From an uncultured Gammaproteobacteria bacterium (lineage in GTDB: Bacteria > Patescibacteriota > Patescibacteriia > Patescibacteriales > UBA12465), in contig CAZSNN010000001.1 of the NCBI GenBank assembly GCA_964608425.1, forward strand, positions 1,073 through 65,072: a DNA stretch of 64,000 bases, in the 5' to 3' direction. The notes under the pieces are model-generated. The model was not told the origin of the DNA and did no database searches. It worked only from the letters and a program-made list of their open reading frames with translations. Positions 8,550 to 18,919 of this stretch are shown here, piece after piece. Positions within the stretch are counted from its first letter, which is position 1. Each line of letters starts with the position of its first letter. Made by a program: the position numbers and the translations under genes.

Positions 8550-11114
8550 TTATTCTAACATAATAACTAGATAGCGATCAGTTTCTAAATCTCCAGAAAA
8601 CTTAATCAAATTATCACTATTAATGTTTTGTGGATAGGTCCAAATGGCCTTTAAATCAGTATTATTTAAAAAATTAAAAGCAAAATTAATATTACCAGAA
8701 CCTGGCTGCTTCTGCCATAACAAAGAATAATTCTTTGAACTATTTCCATAAAAATTATGTGGTAATCGATATTCTATCTCTATTATTTGATCTTGTCCGG
8801 GATCCAACATAGTCCAATTAGCAAAAACTGTTTTTCCTGATTCCTGATAAATCTTTGTTCCACTGGATAAATCAATTTCAGCTCGATTCTCGCTATTCTC
8901 TAAAAGAGAATTCTTCTCATAAAAATCTTCGGAATCTTTAAAATAATTTTTGTCTGGAGAAGAAAACCCCTGAGCACTAAGCAGATTGCTCCCCATAGGC
9001 ACATAAACCCTTAGCCAATTAACATTTCTAACTCCGTAAAATAAATCCCCCTTATTTCCATTATGTTTTCTAACTATAGTTAATTTATTTATTATCGATC
9101 CATCAGAATCTATTTTGGTTGACAAGGAATAATCATTAATAACAACCTTGTCAGTTTTACCCCCAGCAATATTAGAATTAATAATCATCAAATAATCAAG
9201 AGGAACTTCCTTAATTTGACCAGCCCAAGATCGACTCTCTACTTCATTCTGAATATCTTTATTTGTAAAATAAAGTAAAATATTTTTTTGTGATAAATTT
9301 CTTTCTATAATTTCTAAGCTTTTTATTAACAAGTCTTTATCAAATTGATTAGAAAATCTAATCATAATTTCTGACATTAAATCTCCAATTATTTTTTTTG
9401 GTTCATTTCGGGCCAAGATATCTCCAGATTCTATAGTAGAAGAGGCTATTTCTAGATCAGAAGCAAGACTACTCGTAGCCACCCTTTCTAAAATGTCAGT
9501 TTTTAAATCCTTGTCCTGATAAACCTCTGGTTGTCCAATAACCTCAACTACTTCTTGTATAATATCCCAATAATTATTTTCATCAATAATTACTCCGTAT
9601 TTTTCAGTTAGGTCAACCGGTCCAATAATTTTTAAAATGTCACCTAAAATATCCGGAGTAATACTAATAACTCCGTCAACGCTGGAACCACCACTTTTCT
9701 CATAAAACCACATCAAATTCTTGGCTGACATTCTCCAATCTGGCCACCAATTAGCATCCCAAAAATACCAAATCGACTTAACTAAATGAAGTGGTTTAGG
9801 AGCCTCCACTAAAACTTTTAATCCCCCTTCGGTATCATAAGAACCTCCGGCCGGAATTTCGATATTTGCTATCTTTCCTCTTTTTAAATCAACAATAGCG
9901 TAACTACCAATAAATCCACCTGTGGCTCTAATTTCAGCATTGTTTTGAAAAACAATTAAGTATCTTCTATCAGAATCAATTCCTAAAAAATCTTTAATAC
10001 CAGGAATTATTTTTAAAAAACTATTAAAATTACTTTCTAAAACGAGGGCCTTTTCCCTAATATCAATAAATTGGTTCCGATAATCTTCAGGTATAGAGGA
10101 TGCTTTTATTCTCTTTAAATATTTATTAATTTTTTTAATATCATCTTCGGTTTCTTTACTATAAAAATAAAAATCAGAGAAGGAATTCTCATTACTTGAA
10201 TCCGACAAAGATCTTATTAAGGCATCAACTGCTAAACTAAAATTATCTCCAGCCGAAGAAACGTATAAACCCACCCTAGCGATATCCTTAGACTCAGAAG
10301 CTAGTTTTATTTTATCATCCTTTGAAAAAGAGGCTAAAAAAATAACAAACTCATCAATTTTATTTAATTCCTGATTAATTAATAAAAATTTTTCTCCAGC
10401 CTGAAAAAAATTTTCTTGAGCCAAGCTCAGATTTAATTGAGAGAATCCCAAAGAAGCATCATTTAGATTGGATAGGGCCTCGAAAGAATAATTCATTAAA
10501 TTATCTTGAGTTTTATTCTCTGACACCAACTTATAATAACTAAATAACTTAAAAGGAATTATCAACAAGAAAAGAAGTAAAACAAAATACCAAATAGATT
10601 TTTTAGGTGGAGAAGAATAAATTCGACTAATATCAAAATTCATTATTGGAATATTTTTAACCTTATCGACATTTTTTTTTTCTAAATGTATCTCTTTCTT
10701 GACCTCTCTCTTAATCTCTTTTTTAATTTTTTTTTCAATATTCTTTTTTACCCTCTTATTTATTTTAAAAAGAGGCTTTAGGATTTTTATAAAAAAATTT
10801 AATATATCCACAACCCAATCTGCAAAGAAAACAAAAATAGCTCTAATAATTTTATAAAGAAAAAATAAAACTGGATAAAAACTAGTTTTTTTAAATTTAG
10901 AAAAATTAAAAGGAAATTTAAATGAAATGCTTTTAAATTTACTAAAACGTTTTTCTCTTTTCAAAAAATCATCAGAATCATCTTTATTACCAACATTAAT
11001 CTCGGGCTTATTTTTTTCTGTTATTTTTTCGTTTTTATTATTTCTTAAATCAACCACAAAACTAGATTGTCGATCATCCTGTAAAATATCAATTTTATGT
11101 TTTTTTATTTCCAT
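8550..11114 (-). CDS. DUF4012-domain membrane protein
   Basis: YLIVFQNNAEIRATGGFIGSYA, DANWWPDW, VDGVISI, NIAGGKTD, WQKQPGS motifs; N-terminal TMs. Confidence 0.85.
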   Translation of the reverse strand: MEIKKHKIDILQDDRQSSFVVDLRNNKNEKITEKNKPEINVGNKDDSDDFLKREKRFSKFKSISFKFPFNFSKFKKTSFYPVLFFLYKIIRAIFVFFADWVVDILNFFIKILKPLFKINKRVKKNIEKKIKKEIKREVKKEIHLEKKNVDKVKNIPIMNFDISRIYSSPPKKSIWYFVLLLFLLIIPFKLFSYYKLVSENKTQDNLMNYSFEALSNLNDASLGFSQLNLSLAQENFFQAGEKFLLINQELNKIDEFVIFLASFSKDDKIKLASESKDIARVGLYVSSAGDNFSLAVDALIRSLSDSSNENSFSDFYFYSKETEDDIKKINKYLKRIKASSIPEDYRNQFIDIREKALVLESNFNSFLKIIPGIKDFLGIDSDRRYLIVFQNNAEIRATGGFIGSYAIVDLKRGKIANIEIPAGGSYDTEGGLKVLVEAPKPLHLVKSIWYFWDANWWPDWRMSAKNLMWFYEKSGGSSVDGVISITPDILGDILKIIGPVDLTEKYGVIIDENNYWDIIQEVVEVIGQPEVYQDKDLKTDILERVATSSLASDLEIASSTIESGDILARNEPKKIIGDLMSEIMIRFSNQFDKDLLIKSLEIIERNLSQKNILLYFTNKDIQNEVESRSWAGQIKEVPLDYLMIINSNIAGGKTDKVVINDYSLSTKIDSDGSIINKLTIVRKHNGNKGDLFYGVRNVNWLRVYVPMGSNLLSAQGFSSPDKNYFKDSEDFYEKNSLLENSENRAEIDLSSGTKIYQESGKTVFANWTMLDPGQDQIIEIEYRLPHNFYGNSSKNYSLLWQKQPGSGNINFAFNFLNNTDLKAIWTYPQNINSDNLIKFSGDLETDRYLVIMLE

Positions 11115-11120
11115 ATTTAA

Positions 11121-12287
11121 TTACTGTAAATAAATTTTCCAAGTAGCAAAAGCACAATCCCACCAATTATATTTTTTACATTGCTCTCGACCCTTTTCAA
11201 TCATTTTTGTTCTTAAATTATTATTAGATAAAATTAGGTTAAGCTTATCAAAAAAATCTGTCTTATTTTGTGGATCAAAGAAGATCGCCGAATCTCCTAA
11301 TATTTCTGGCATACTTCCAGCCTTAGAGCTCAAAACTGGGCACCCCTTGGCCATAGCTTCGAGTGGGGGCAGGCCAAACCCTTCATATAGCGAAGGAAAG
11401 ACATAAACCAAGGCCTTCTTATAGAATATCTCCAATTTATCATCTGGTACATATCCAGCAAATATTACTGGATTGATTTTTTGAGAAGAAAAAATTTCTT
11501 TAGCAAAATCTTTTAGACCCTTATAAAAATAATCCTCCCTGCCAACCAAAACCAATCTCAATTCATTGTTTTTATTGTAAATCTCTAAAAAATTTTTTAT
11601 CAAAAAATTTAAATTTTTATGAGGATAAGCGTTTCCAACATATAGAAGAAAGGGGTTCTCAATATTATAATCCTTTAGAACCTCACTATTATCAAGTTTA
11701 GCTACAAATAAAGAATCTGTCCCTCTAGCTAAATTTGCCACCCCTTCATAAATAACTTTTATTTTTTCAGGCTTGATTTTAAATTGTTCGATAATGTCAT
11801 TCTTAGTAAAATTAGAAACTGTAATAATTTTACGAGACTTATCTAAAGCTCTTTTAATAATCAATCGATAAAACAAATCCTTTAAACAATAAATCCAAGG
11901 ACTTAAAGTAGTTGCTCTGGTTGTTTTAAATTTAGTTAAAATCAGATCGTGAATAGTCACAACAAACTTGGTTGGAACAAAAAAAGGAACATTAAAATGA
12001 CAAAAATGAATTAGATCTAATTTTTCTCGCCAAATAAAAAATGGCATTACTATTTGCTCTCTTAGGGTGTACCAACGAACTTCAGTTAAGACCTTTTTAA
12101 CATTGGGATAATTATCAATAACCAATTCATCAAAATTATCTTTTCTTAAAAAAATAACATATTTATTATCAGAATCTAGTTTTAAGATATTATCAACTAT
12201 TTCTTGAGTATAGCGACCCAGCCCCTTCCCTATTGGACCATAAAAACGAGCATCAATACCAATTGTTTTTTTATTTTTATTATTCAT
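11121..12287 (-). CDS. Glycosyltransferase family 4
   Basis: IGIDARF; [18 protein letters not shown] (EX7E). Confidence 0.93.
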   Translation of the reverse strand: MNNKNKKTIGIDARFYGPIGKGLGRYTQEIVDNILKLDSDNKYVIFLRKDNFDELVIDNYPNVKKVLTEVRWYTLREQIVMPFFIWREKLDLIHFCHFNVPFFVPTKFVVTIHDLILTKFKTTRATTLSPWIYCLKDLFYRLIIKRALDKSRKIITVSNFTKNDIIEQFKIKPEKIKVIYEGVANLARGTDSLFVAKLDNSEVLKDYNIENPFLLYVGNAYPHKNLNFLIKNFLEIYNKNNELRLVLVGREDYFYKGLKDFAKEIFSSQKINPVIFAGYVPDDKLEIFYKKALVYVFPSLYEGFGLPPLEAMAKGCPVLSSKAGSMPEILGDSAIFFDPQNKTDFFDKLNLILSNNNLRTKMIEKGREQCKKYNWWDCAFATWKIYLQ

Positions 12288-12294
12288 TTATTTT

Positions 12295-13809
12295 TTATCC
12301 AAAAGGTAAATTGGCTGGAGGAGTTTTTTTAACTGATCTAGAATTGGCTTCAGTTTTTTTATCATCTTGAATATTTATTAATTGCTCATCCTGAACACCA
12401 GAGTCAACTTCTTCGTCTTTGTCGATTTTTTTATTTTTAGAAGAAAAATCTCCTTGTAATAATTCCTCTTTTAATAACTCAGTGTCAACCTTAATAGAGT
12501 CATCCAAAACCAAATTTGCTGGTGGTTTATATCTCTTAGAAGAAGTCTTTTGAATCAACGGAGCATTAGCCGTGGCTTCTATTGGGAAATGCCAAATAGT
12601 AGCCAATTCTTCTATATTTAATAGATATGGAGTACAACCAGCCCAATCATCCCTATTGATATAATTAGTTATCATATTATTCTTCTTTTTAATCAGGCGA
12701 TTACCCTTGTTAAAATAAACTGTTTTAGTAGCGGTTCTTTTCATATCAGGTTTAAAGCTATTTAGATCTAAGGCGGAAAACTGCTTAATATATCCGACAA
12801 AACCATTAACTACTTTAGCTTTATTCATAACCTCTTTTTTAGCCAAATAAACAACCCTAATTTTACAAAGAAAACCAATCTTGGCTGACTTATTTTCAAT
12901 TGCCTCTATTTTCTTTTTTTGTTTAGGCGTTAGCTCCATCATCGATAATTTTTTAAAATCATCTTTATCATTACTCTTTACATCACCCCAAAGAGAATAA
13001 ATAGCTTCACTCAAATCTGAAATTATCTCTACTAATCCATCAATAATTTTATTTAAAAAACTAGTCTTTGGTTTTTTACCCAAAATTTTATCAATTTCTC
13101 CCTGCCCATCATCGACCCAATCAAAACCAGTTGGAGTAACTATAATCTGATACATTAGGTTTTCCCCTCTACGGAGGCTACTACAAAGCTCCATTAATTC
13201 AGCCATAGGATCTCTAAAAACTGTTTCATCGGGTCCAAAACGATGTTCAAACTCTTGATAGGTTTTAATAGGATACATATAATGAGCTGATTGAATAAAT
13301 TCAGAGCCCCAAATATCATATTCATCATCTGGAAATTTTTTAGGGAAATTTTCACAATAATCATCTACTTCTATAATTTCGGCATCGGGATACTGCGAGT
13401 AAACAGCCGATTCCACCAAATTTCTAAACTGAATAGGGGTCCTAATTAAAAACTGAGTATACCCCTCTAGACTAACTATCTCAAAACTAAAGGACAACTG
13501 AAATTCACCACCAAACCATTTATCAAAAAAGTTTTGCGTTCCATGAGCACCACCCAAATAAGAAAATAAATTTTCAACTGCCAAAGGAGATTGAATATTA
13601 CCTTTTGGAATATCAATAGCCAAAAAAATAAACTTATTAGTAGCTCCCCATTTACCCCTTATATAATTCAACCACAAAATCCGAACAGCCAACAAAAACA
13701 TAATACCAAAAACAACCCAACCAAAATTAGCTAAAAAACGCCAAAGCATAACATCTGGAGGTAAATTGAAAAATGCTTGAACTGAAGTAAAATCTATAAT
13801 AATATTCAT
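12295..13809 (-). CDS. Conserved membrane-anchored hypothetical protein
   Basis: Long ORF with N-terminal TM and motifs FSFEIVS, YSQYPDAEI, LNIEELATIWHFP; start moved to MNIIIDF because the track's upstream extension runs into a terminator. Confidence 0.7.
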   Translation of the reverse strand: MNIIIDFTSVQAFFNLPPDVMLWRFLANFGWVVFGIMFLLAVRILWLNYIRGKWGATNKFIFLAIDIPKGNIQSPLAVENLFSYLGGAHGTQNFFDKWFGGEFQLSFSFEIVSLEGYTQFLIRTPIQFRNLVESAVYSQYPDAEIIEVDDYCENFPKKFPDDEYDIWGSEFIQSAHYMYPIKTYQEFEHRFGPDETVFRDPMAELMELCSSLRRGENLMYQIIVTPTGFDWVDDGQGEIDKILGKKPKTSFLNKIIDGLVEIISDLSEAIYSLWGDVKSNDKDDFKKLSMMELTPKQKKKIEAIENKSAKIGFLCKIRVVYLAKKEVMNKAKVVNGFVGYIKQFSALDLNSFKPDMKRTATKTVYFNKGNRLIKKKNNMITNYINRDDWAGCTPYLLNIEELATIWHFPIEATANAPLIQKTSSKRYKPPANLVLDDSIKVDTELLKEELLQGDFSSKNKKIDKDEEVDSGVQDEQLINIQDDKKTEANSRSVKKTPPANLPFG

Positions 13810-13868
13810 AAAAACAATGATAAATTTAACATAATATATTTTAACATAATTTTTTAGCAAAATCAAAA

Positions 13869-13901
13869 AAAATATCACTATATTAACTATAGTGATATTT
13901 T
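13869..13901 (-). terminator. Intrinsic terminator / perfect inverted repeat
   Basis: AAAATATCACTATA-ttaac-TATAGTGATATTTT, 14-bp perfect stem with T-run on minus strand. Confidence 0.7.
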
Positions 13902-13935
13902 GGAGTATTTGAAAATATTAAAATATTTTTTATTA

Positions 13936-14955
13936 CTATTTTTGCCATTCTTTTAAGGCATAAATACCTCTATCAACCAATATATAGCGCTCATCCAATA
14001 TCAACTCATTATGAACCGATCCAGAACTAACTTTTTTGTGATCAAAGCCAATTTCGTTGATTTTTTTAGCAATATCAGAAAAGTGCAAAGGATTATTTTC
14101 GTTTTTTAAAATTAAATAAATTTTATCAGCTATTCTTTTTGGTTTAACCTCTGGCCATTCTTCACTTCCCCAGGCTCCAAATTTATTAGCTTTAACACCC
14201 CTGACTGCCTGCATTAAAGAATAAAGCGGTTTATTTTTATCGATAATATCAGCCCATTCTGGAAAAATTTCATCCTTAAAAATATCCTTTAAATTTAACT
14301 CATTTTTAGATAATATTTTTTCTTTATAAAAAGAAAATGATCCCAATCCTTTTAAAATCTCCACCAACTCTTCAAAATGCAGAGTTTTTTTAATGTCATT
14401 TAATTTTTCTTTTAATTCTCCAACTAAAGTTTCTAAATAGTCAACAGCCTCATTTTTCAATTTAAAGAAAGAGGTAAACTTGTCAGACTTATCAACCCTT
14501 TCAATTTCTTCATTTAATAATTCTGATAAGATAAACTCTAAATAATTTTTATAGATATTTTTATCATACTTCAATCCTCCATCCATTCGACAAGATAAAA
14601 CCGCCAAAATATCTAATAAAAAATCTTTTTCCATGATTCCTCCATGCTCCTCTAATAATTTACTAACGGCTACCTTAACTGACTCTAAATGAGTATTTAA
14701 ATCTTCTATTTTTTTAATTTTTTTAAGACTGGCTCTTTCAATCTGTCTAACTCTTTCTCTGGTTAGGTTATGTAATTTGCCAATTTCCTCTAAGGTTTGG
14801 CGTCCTTCGTCTTTTAAAGCAAAACGACGAGACAGGATATCCCTCTCTCTTTCTTGTAATTCATTAAAAAGACTTTCAACAATTTCAACAGCATTAAGTC
14901 TAATTAATTCCTTGTTTTTTTGTTCTTTTAATAGTGTTTTCAGTAAATTTTCCAT
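13936..14955 (-). CDS. Sigma70 region-4 HTH fused to C-terminal HARE-type winged HTH
   Basis: TLEEIGKLHNLTRERVRQIE (sigma4 HTH); C-terminal PLHFSDIAKKI..VHNELILDERYILVDRGIYALKEW; no sigma region 2. Confidence 0.8.
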   Translation of the reverse strand: MENLLKTLLKEQKNKELIRLNAVEIVESLFNELQERERDILSRRFALKDEGRQTLEEIGKLHNLTRERVRQIERASLKKIKKIEDLNTHLESVKVAVSKLLEEHGGIMEKDFLLDILAVLSCRMDGGLKYDKNIYKNYLEFILSELLNEEIERVDKSDKFTSFFKLKNEAVDYLETLVGELKEKLNDIKKTLHFEELVEILKGLGSFSFYKEKILSKNELNLKDIFKDEIFPEWADIIDKNKPLYSLMQAVRGVKANKFGAWGSEEWPEVKPKRIADKIYLILKNENNPLHFSDIAKKINEIGFDHKKVSSGSVHNELILDERYILVDRGIYALKEWQK

Positions 14956-15001
14956 ATATAAAAATATTAAATACTAATATAGCTATTTAAACATATTTTA
15001 A

Positions 15002-16045
15002 TTAATAAGTCAAGTCCTTCATAAACTCTTCTATTTTTTTAATTTTTTCGGCATTAATTGGAGAAAATTTATGCTTTTCCTCTATTTCTGGGCGAATTTC
15101 TTTAAATTTTTGGAGTTGTTTTTTCTCAAAAATTAAGCCATAGAGAAAAATCTTAGCGAATCTAATTAAGGTTAAAAATTTAACTTTAGCAGAAAATGGT
15201 ATCTTTCTTATCTTATACAAAATAATCAATTGATTTAAAAAAGATCTACTTCGAGAAATGTCTCTATTTTTAAAAGATAATAAATTTAAATATTTATTTT
15301 TAGACAAAGTTCTGTCATGATACATAATGGCCCGAGGAATAAAAAATATTTTTGCTCCAAAAATTTGAAGTCTATAAGAAAGATCAACATCTTCCTTGTA
15401 CATAAACATTAATTCGTCAAAAAACTCTAAATATTCACCATTATAAAAAACCTTAACTAGCTCTTTTAAATTTAATAAAGCCCCTGCCCCAGTAAAACCA
15501 AAGACCTCTCTGGGTTCTTCATTTCTTCCAATCAAATCTTCTTGACCTTGATTAATATCAAAAAAATAATGAGATTTATTCAAGCCCAATCCGCAACTAT
15601 CAATAATATTAGTTTTTTTATTATTTCTAAAATCCCAACACAATATTTTAGGAGCTAAGGCGGCAGCCTCCGGCCTTTCATTGAGAGCAAAAATTATCTC
15701 TTTAATAAAATTAATATCCAATATAACATCAGGGTTAAGCATTAAAAATAAATCATCACCCTCCTTGATTGACCAATTAATCATTCTATTATAAGCCTTA
15801 GCAAAACCTAAATTATTCTCCGATCGGAAAATCTTATAATTATTTTGGGTCTTAAAATGAACAAGCAAATAATCATAATTATTACTATAATCATGATTAC
15901 TGTTATCAACTATCAAAAAACTAAATTCTAAGTCAGTCAAATATTTTTTAGCTTCTTCGACAGATTCTCCTAGGCTGAGGAGAAAGGATTTTAAATACTT
16001 AAAAGTTGATTGATTATAGGTTATAAAACCAATGCTTATTTTCAT
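15002..16045 (-). CDS. Glycosyltransferase family 2 (WbbL-like)
   Basis: IVDNS, NLGFAKAYN, LNPDV, FDELMFMYKEDVDLSYR. Confidence 0.88.
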   Translation of the reverse strand: MKISIGFITYNQSTFKYLKSFLLSLGESVEEAKKYLTDLEFSFLIVDNSNHDYSNNYDYLLVHFKTQNNYKIFRSENNLGFAKAYNRMINWSIKEGDDLFLMLNPDVILDINFIKEIIFALNERPEAAALAPKILCWDFRNNKKTNIIDSCGLGLNKSHYFFDINQGQEDLIGRNEEPREVFGFTGAGALLNLKELVKVFYNGEYLEFFDELMFMYKEDVDLSYRLQIFGAKIFFIPRAIMYHDRTLSKNKYLNLLSFKNRDISRSRSFLNQLIILYKIRKIPFSAKVKFLTLIRFAKIFLYGLIFEKKQLQKFKEIRPEIEEKHKFSPINAEKIKKIEEFMKDLTY

Positions 16046-16056
16046 TTTATTAATAA

Positions 16057-16092
16057 ATAAACAATAAAGCGCCGGAGCGCTTTGTTGTTTAT
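16057..16092 (-). terminator. Intrinsic terminator after rpsI
   Basis: ATAAACAACAAAGCGC-TCCG-GCGCTTTATTGTTTAT on minus strand. Confidence 0.85.
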
Positions 16093-16102
16093 CTTGAAAT
16101 GA

Positions 16103-16621
16103 TTAACGTTTTGACCATTGAGGAGCTTTACGAGCTTTTTTAAGCCCTGGCTTCTTTCTTTCTTTTTGTCTAGGATCTCTAGTTATATAGCCACTAGTTT
16201 TTAAAATTGTTTTAAATTCTGGGTCATATTTAACCAAAGCTCTGGCAATACCGTGTCTAACTGCATCTAATTGACCCAATGTTCCACCCCCTTTAACAAT
16301 AATAGAGAAATTAAAGTCCTTAGCTTTAGAAACAAGCTTTAAAGGTTGTAAAACAATATTTAAATTTTCCTCTTTTTTAAAATAATCAACAGCCGGCTGA
16401 TCATTAACGATGATCTCACCTTCGCCTTTTTCATACATTCTAACCTGAGCCACAGATGTTTTACGGCGACCAATAGCTTTAATGTATTTACCAGAAAGAT
16501 CTACCTTAACTTTTTTCTCTTTAACAATAGGATCTTTGACAATTTTCTTCTTTTCAGAAGTCTTCTTAACTATCTCCTTTTTAACGGGAGTAGCTTTTTT
16601 AGTTTTTTTAATATCGCTCAT
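16103..16621 (-). CDS. rpsI: 30S ribosomal protein S9 with Lys-rich N-terminal extension
   Basis: GRRKTSVAQV, GGGTLGQ, ERKKPGLKKARKAPQWSKR. Confidence 0.98.
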   Translation of the reverse strand: MSDIKKTKKATPVKKEIVKKTSEKKKIVKDPIVKEKKVKVDLSGKYIKAIGRRKTSVAQVRMYEKGEGEIIVNDQPAVDYFKKEENLNIVLQPLKLVSKAKDFNFSIIVKGGGTLGQLDAVRHGIARALVKYDPEFKTILKTSGYITRDPRQKERKKPGLKKARKAPQWSKR

Positions 16622-16661
16622 TTTATTTAAAAATTAATGAATAACTAATATAATAATTAAA

Positions 16662-17009
16662 CTATCTAACAATTAATCTTTTCAAAAGATCGTTTCTCAT
16701 TCTGGTAGGAGCTAACATATCACGAACAGCTCTTCGTAAAACATTGCCAGGATCAGAGGTAAATACATCCTTCATCTTTTTCTCCTTTAATCCCCCTAAG
16801 TAACCAGAATAACTAAAATATTTTTTTTGATCTAATTTTTTTCCAGTAAATTTAGCCTTTTTGATATTTACAACTTCAACAATATCACCCAAATCTAAGT
16901 GAGGTTGAAATTCTGGCTTGGTTTTTCCTCTTAAAATATTAGCTGCTTGAGTGGCTATTCTACCAATAGATTGTCCTTCAGCATCAATTTTATGTGTCTT
17001 TCTTTCCAT
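16662..17009 (-). CDS. rplM: 50S ribosomal protein L13 (short form)
   Basis: IDAEGQSIGRIAT, LRGKTKPEFQPH, YSGYLGGLK. Confidence 0.97.
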   Translation of the reverse strand: MERKTHKIDAEGQSIGRIATQAANILRGKTKPEFQPHLDLGDIVEVVNIKKAKFTGKKLDQKKYFSYSGYLGGLKEKKMKDVFTSDPGNVLRRAVRDMLAPTRMRNDLLKRLIVR

Positions 17010-17038
17010 ATTTTTTATAATTTATTTATTTAAACTAG

Positions 17039-17389
17039 TTATACTAACTCAATTTGGACCATTTCAGCTCCATCACCTTGTCGATTACCAATTTTTATAA
17101 TACGACAATAGCCTCCAGTTCTGTCTTTGTATCTATCGGCTAAAATTTCCATAGCCTTATTTACGGCTTTCGGTTGTAAAATTATTTTTAATAAATTTCT
17201 TCTAGATGCTAAGTCTCCTTTTTTAGCAATAGTTACAATCTTTTCAACTAAAGGTTTAACCACTTTAGCCTTAGCTTTAGAGGTTTTAACTTTTTCATAA
17301 ATAATTATACTAGAAGCTAAATTTCTAAGCATCAATCCTCGGGCCTCTTTAGTTCTATCTAATGTTTTAACTTTATTCTTGTGTCTCAT
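17039..17389 (-). CDS. rplQ: 50S ribosomal protein L17
   Basis: MRH.., RYKDRTGGYCRIIK, RQGDGAEM. Confidence 0.97.
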   Translation of the reverse strand: MRHKNKVKTLDRTKEARGLMLRNLASSIIIYEKVKTSKAKAKVVKPLVEKIVTIAKKGDLASRRNLLKIILQPKAVNKAMEILADRYKDRTGGYCRIIKIGNRQGDGAEMVQIELV

Positions 17390-17409
17390 ATTATTGATTA
17401 AAAAAATTA

Positions 17410-18234
17410 TTATTTTGTCTTTTTTGTTTTAACTACCTTTTCTGAAGTTTTTTTAGCCTTGGCTGGCTTTTCCTCTTCTACCACTTCTGTTACTATTTCT
17501 TCCTTTTCATTTTTTAAAACTTCTTCAGCCTTATTCTTATTTTCAATACCTAATAAAGCATTGAATTGGTCTACTAAAATTTTTACTGACTTATTAAAAG
17601 CCTCTTCAATAGAAATGGTTCCATCAGTTTTAACTTCTAAAACTAATTTGTCCCAATTAGTCATTTTACCAACACGAACATTTTCAACCTTATAATTAAC
17701 TCCGAAAACCGGCGAAAAAACTGAATCAATTTCCATATAATCAACTTCCTTGCTTTCTTTTTTATCTTTTTCGGCTACAAAATATCCCATACCGCTAGAA
17801 ACATAAATTTCTATACTTAGATTTCCGGTAGTATCAGTGATATTTGCTAACAATAATTCTGGATTAATTATTTCAACCAAACTATTCTTTTTAATATCTT
17901 TAGCAGTTACTTGTTTTTTGCCTTGAACATTCAATTCTAGTTTAATAACCTCATCTGTTTCTGTTAAAACTTTCAATCTTAATTGCTTTAAATTTAAAAT
18001 AATATCAATAACATCTTCTTTTATTCCTGGCATTGCCATAAATTCATGTTTTGCTCCCTTGATTTTTACTCCCACCACGGCAGCTCCCGGCAAAGAAGAT
18101 AATAATACTCTACGCAAAGAATTACCAATAGTATTCCCATATCCAGGAAACAAAGGTTCAATAATAATTGAGCCCTCGTTACTATTAACGTCTTGTTTAA
18201 ACTCAATTTTTTTTGGTAAAGCAATTTTTTCCAT
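17410..18234 (-). CDS. rpoA: RNA polymerase alpha subunit (NTD only, no recognisable CTD)
   Basis: EPLFPGYGNTIGNSLRRVLLSSLPG, HEF, IDSVFSPV, VENVRVG. Confidence 0.96.
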   Translation of the reverse strand: MEKIALPKKIEFKQDVNSNEGSIIIEPLFPGYGNTIGNSLRRVLLSSLPGAAVVGVKIKGAKHEFMAMPGIKEDVIDIILNLKQLRLKVLTETDEVIKLELNVQGKKQVTAKDIKKNSLVEIINPELLLANITDTTGNLSIEIYVSSGMGYFVAEKDKKESKEVDYMEIDSVFSPVFGVNYKVENVRVGKMTNWDKLVLEVKTDGTISIEEAFNKSVKILVDQFNALLGIENKNKAEEVLKNEKEEIVTEVVEEEKPAKAKKTSEKVVKTKKTK

Positions 18235-18258
18235 ATTATTTTTTAAAATTAATAAAAA

Positions 18259-18894
18259 TTATTTTGAATAGAACTCAATAATCATGTGAGTTTTAATATT
18301 TGAAGGGATGTCCTGTTGTTTTGGCTCATGCAAAACCTTTAGAGACAATTCTTTAGCATCAACCGCTAACCAACTTTTTTGCTCTGGAGATAAATTTTTT
18401 AACTTTTCAGGTAAATCTCTGAAATATTTATTTTTTTGACAACTCTTTTTAACTTTTATAACTTGGCCAATCTTAACTTGGTAGGAAGGAATATTAACTT
18501 TTCTATCATTAACAGTAATATGACCATGATTAACTATTTGTCTAGCCTGAGTTCTAGAAGACCCTATACCAGATCTATAAATAACATTATCCAAGCGCAT
18601 TTCCAAGGCTTTTAAAAAATTATTTCCAATATCACCACCCTTATTTTGAACTTTATCAAAAGTTAACTTAAACTGATCTTCACTTAATCCGTACATTTTT
18701 CTAGCCTTTTGTTTTTCATTTAATTGCAAACCGTAATCACTAGACCTTTTTTTACCTTTAGGTCCATGAAATCCTGGAGGATAATTTCTTTTTACCATAG
18801 CACATTTTGGAGAAGAGCATCTTTCACCTTTTAAAAATAATTTTTCTCCAATGCGTCGGCATTGTTTACATTTTGAATCTAAATTTTTTCCCAT
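18259..18894 (-). CDS. rpsD: 30S ribosomal protein S4 (zinc-binding type)
   Basis: CKQCRR..RCSSPKC, LEMRLDNVIYR, ARQIVNHGH. Confidence 0.98.
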   Translation of the reverse strand: MGKNLDSKCKQCRRIGEKLFLKGERCSSPKCAMVKRNYPPGFHGPKGKKRSSDYGLQLNEKQKARKMYGLSEDQFKLTFDKVQNKGGDIGNNFLKALEMRLDNVIYRSGIGSSRTQARQIVNHGHITVNDRKVNIPSYQVKIGQVIKVKKSCQKNKYFRDLPEKLKNLSPEQKSWLAVDAKELSLKVLHEPKQQDIPSNIKTHMIIEFYSK

Positions 18895-18919
18895 ATTTAT
18901 ATTATTTATATTTGATTAA

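Noticed and set aside
13936-14955. Primary or alternative sigma factor
   Set aside because: Only the region-4 HTH is present; no region 2 core-binding or -10 recognition motifs
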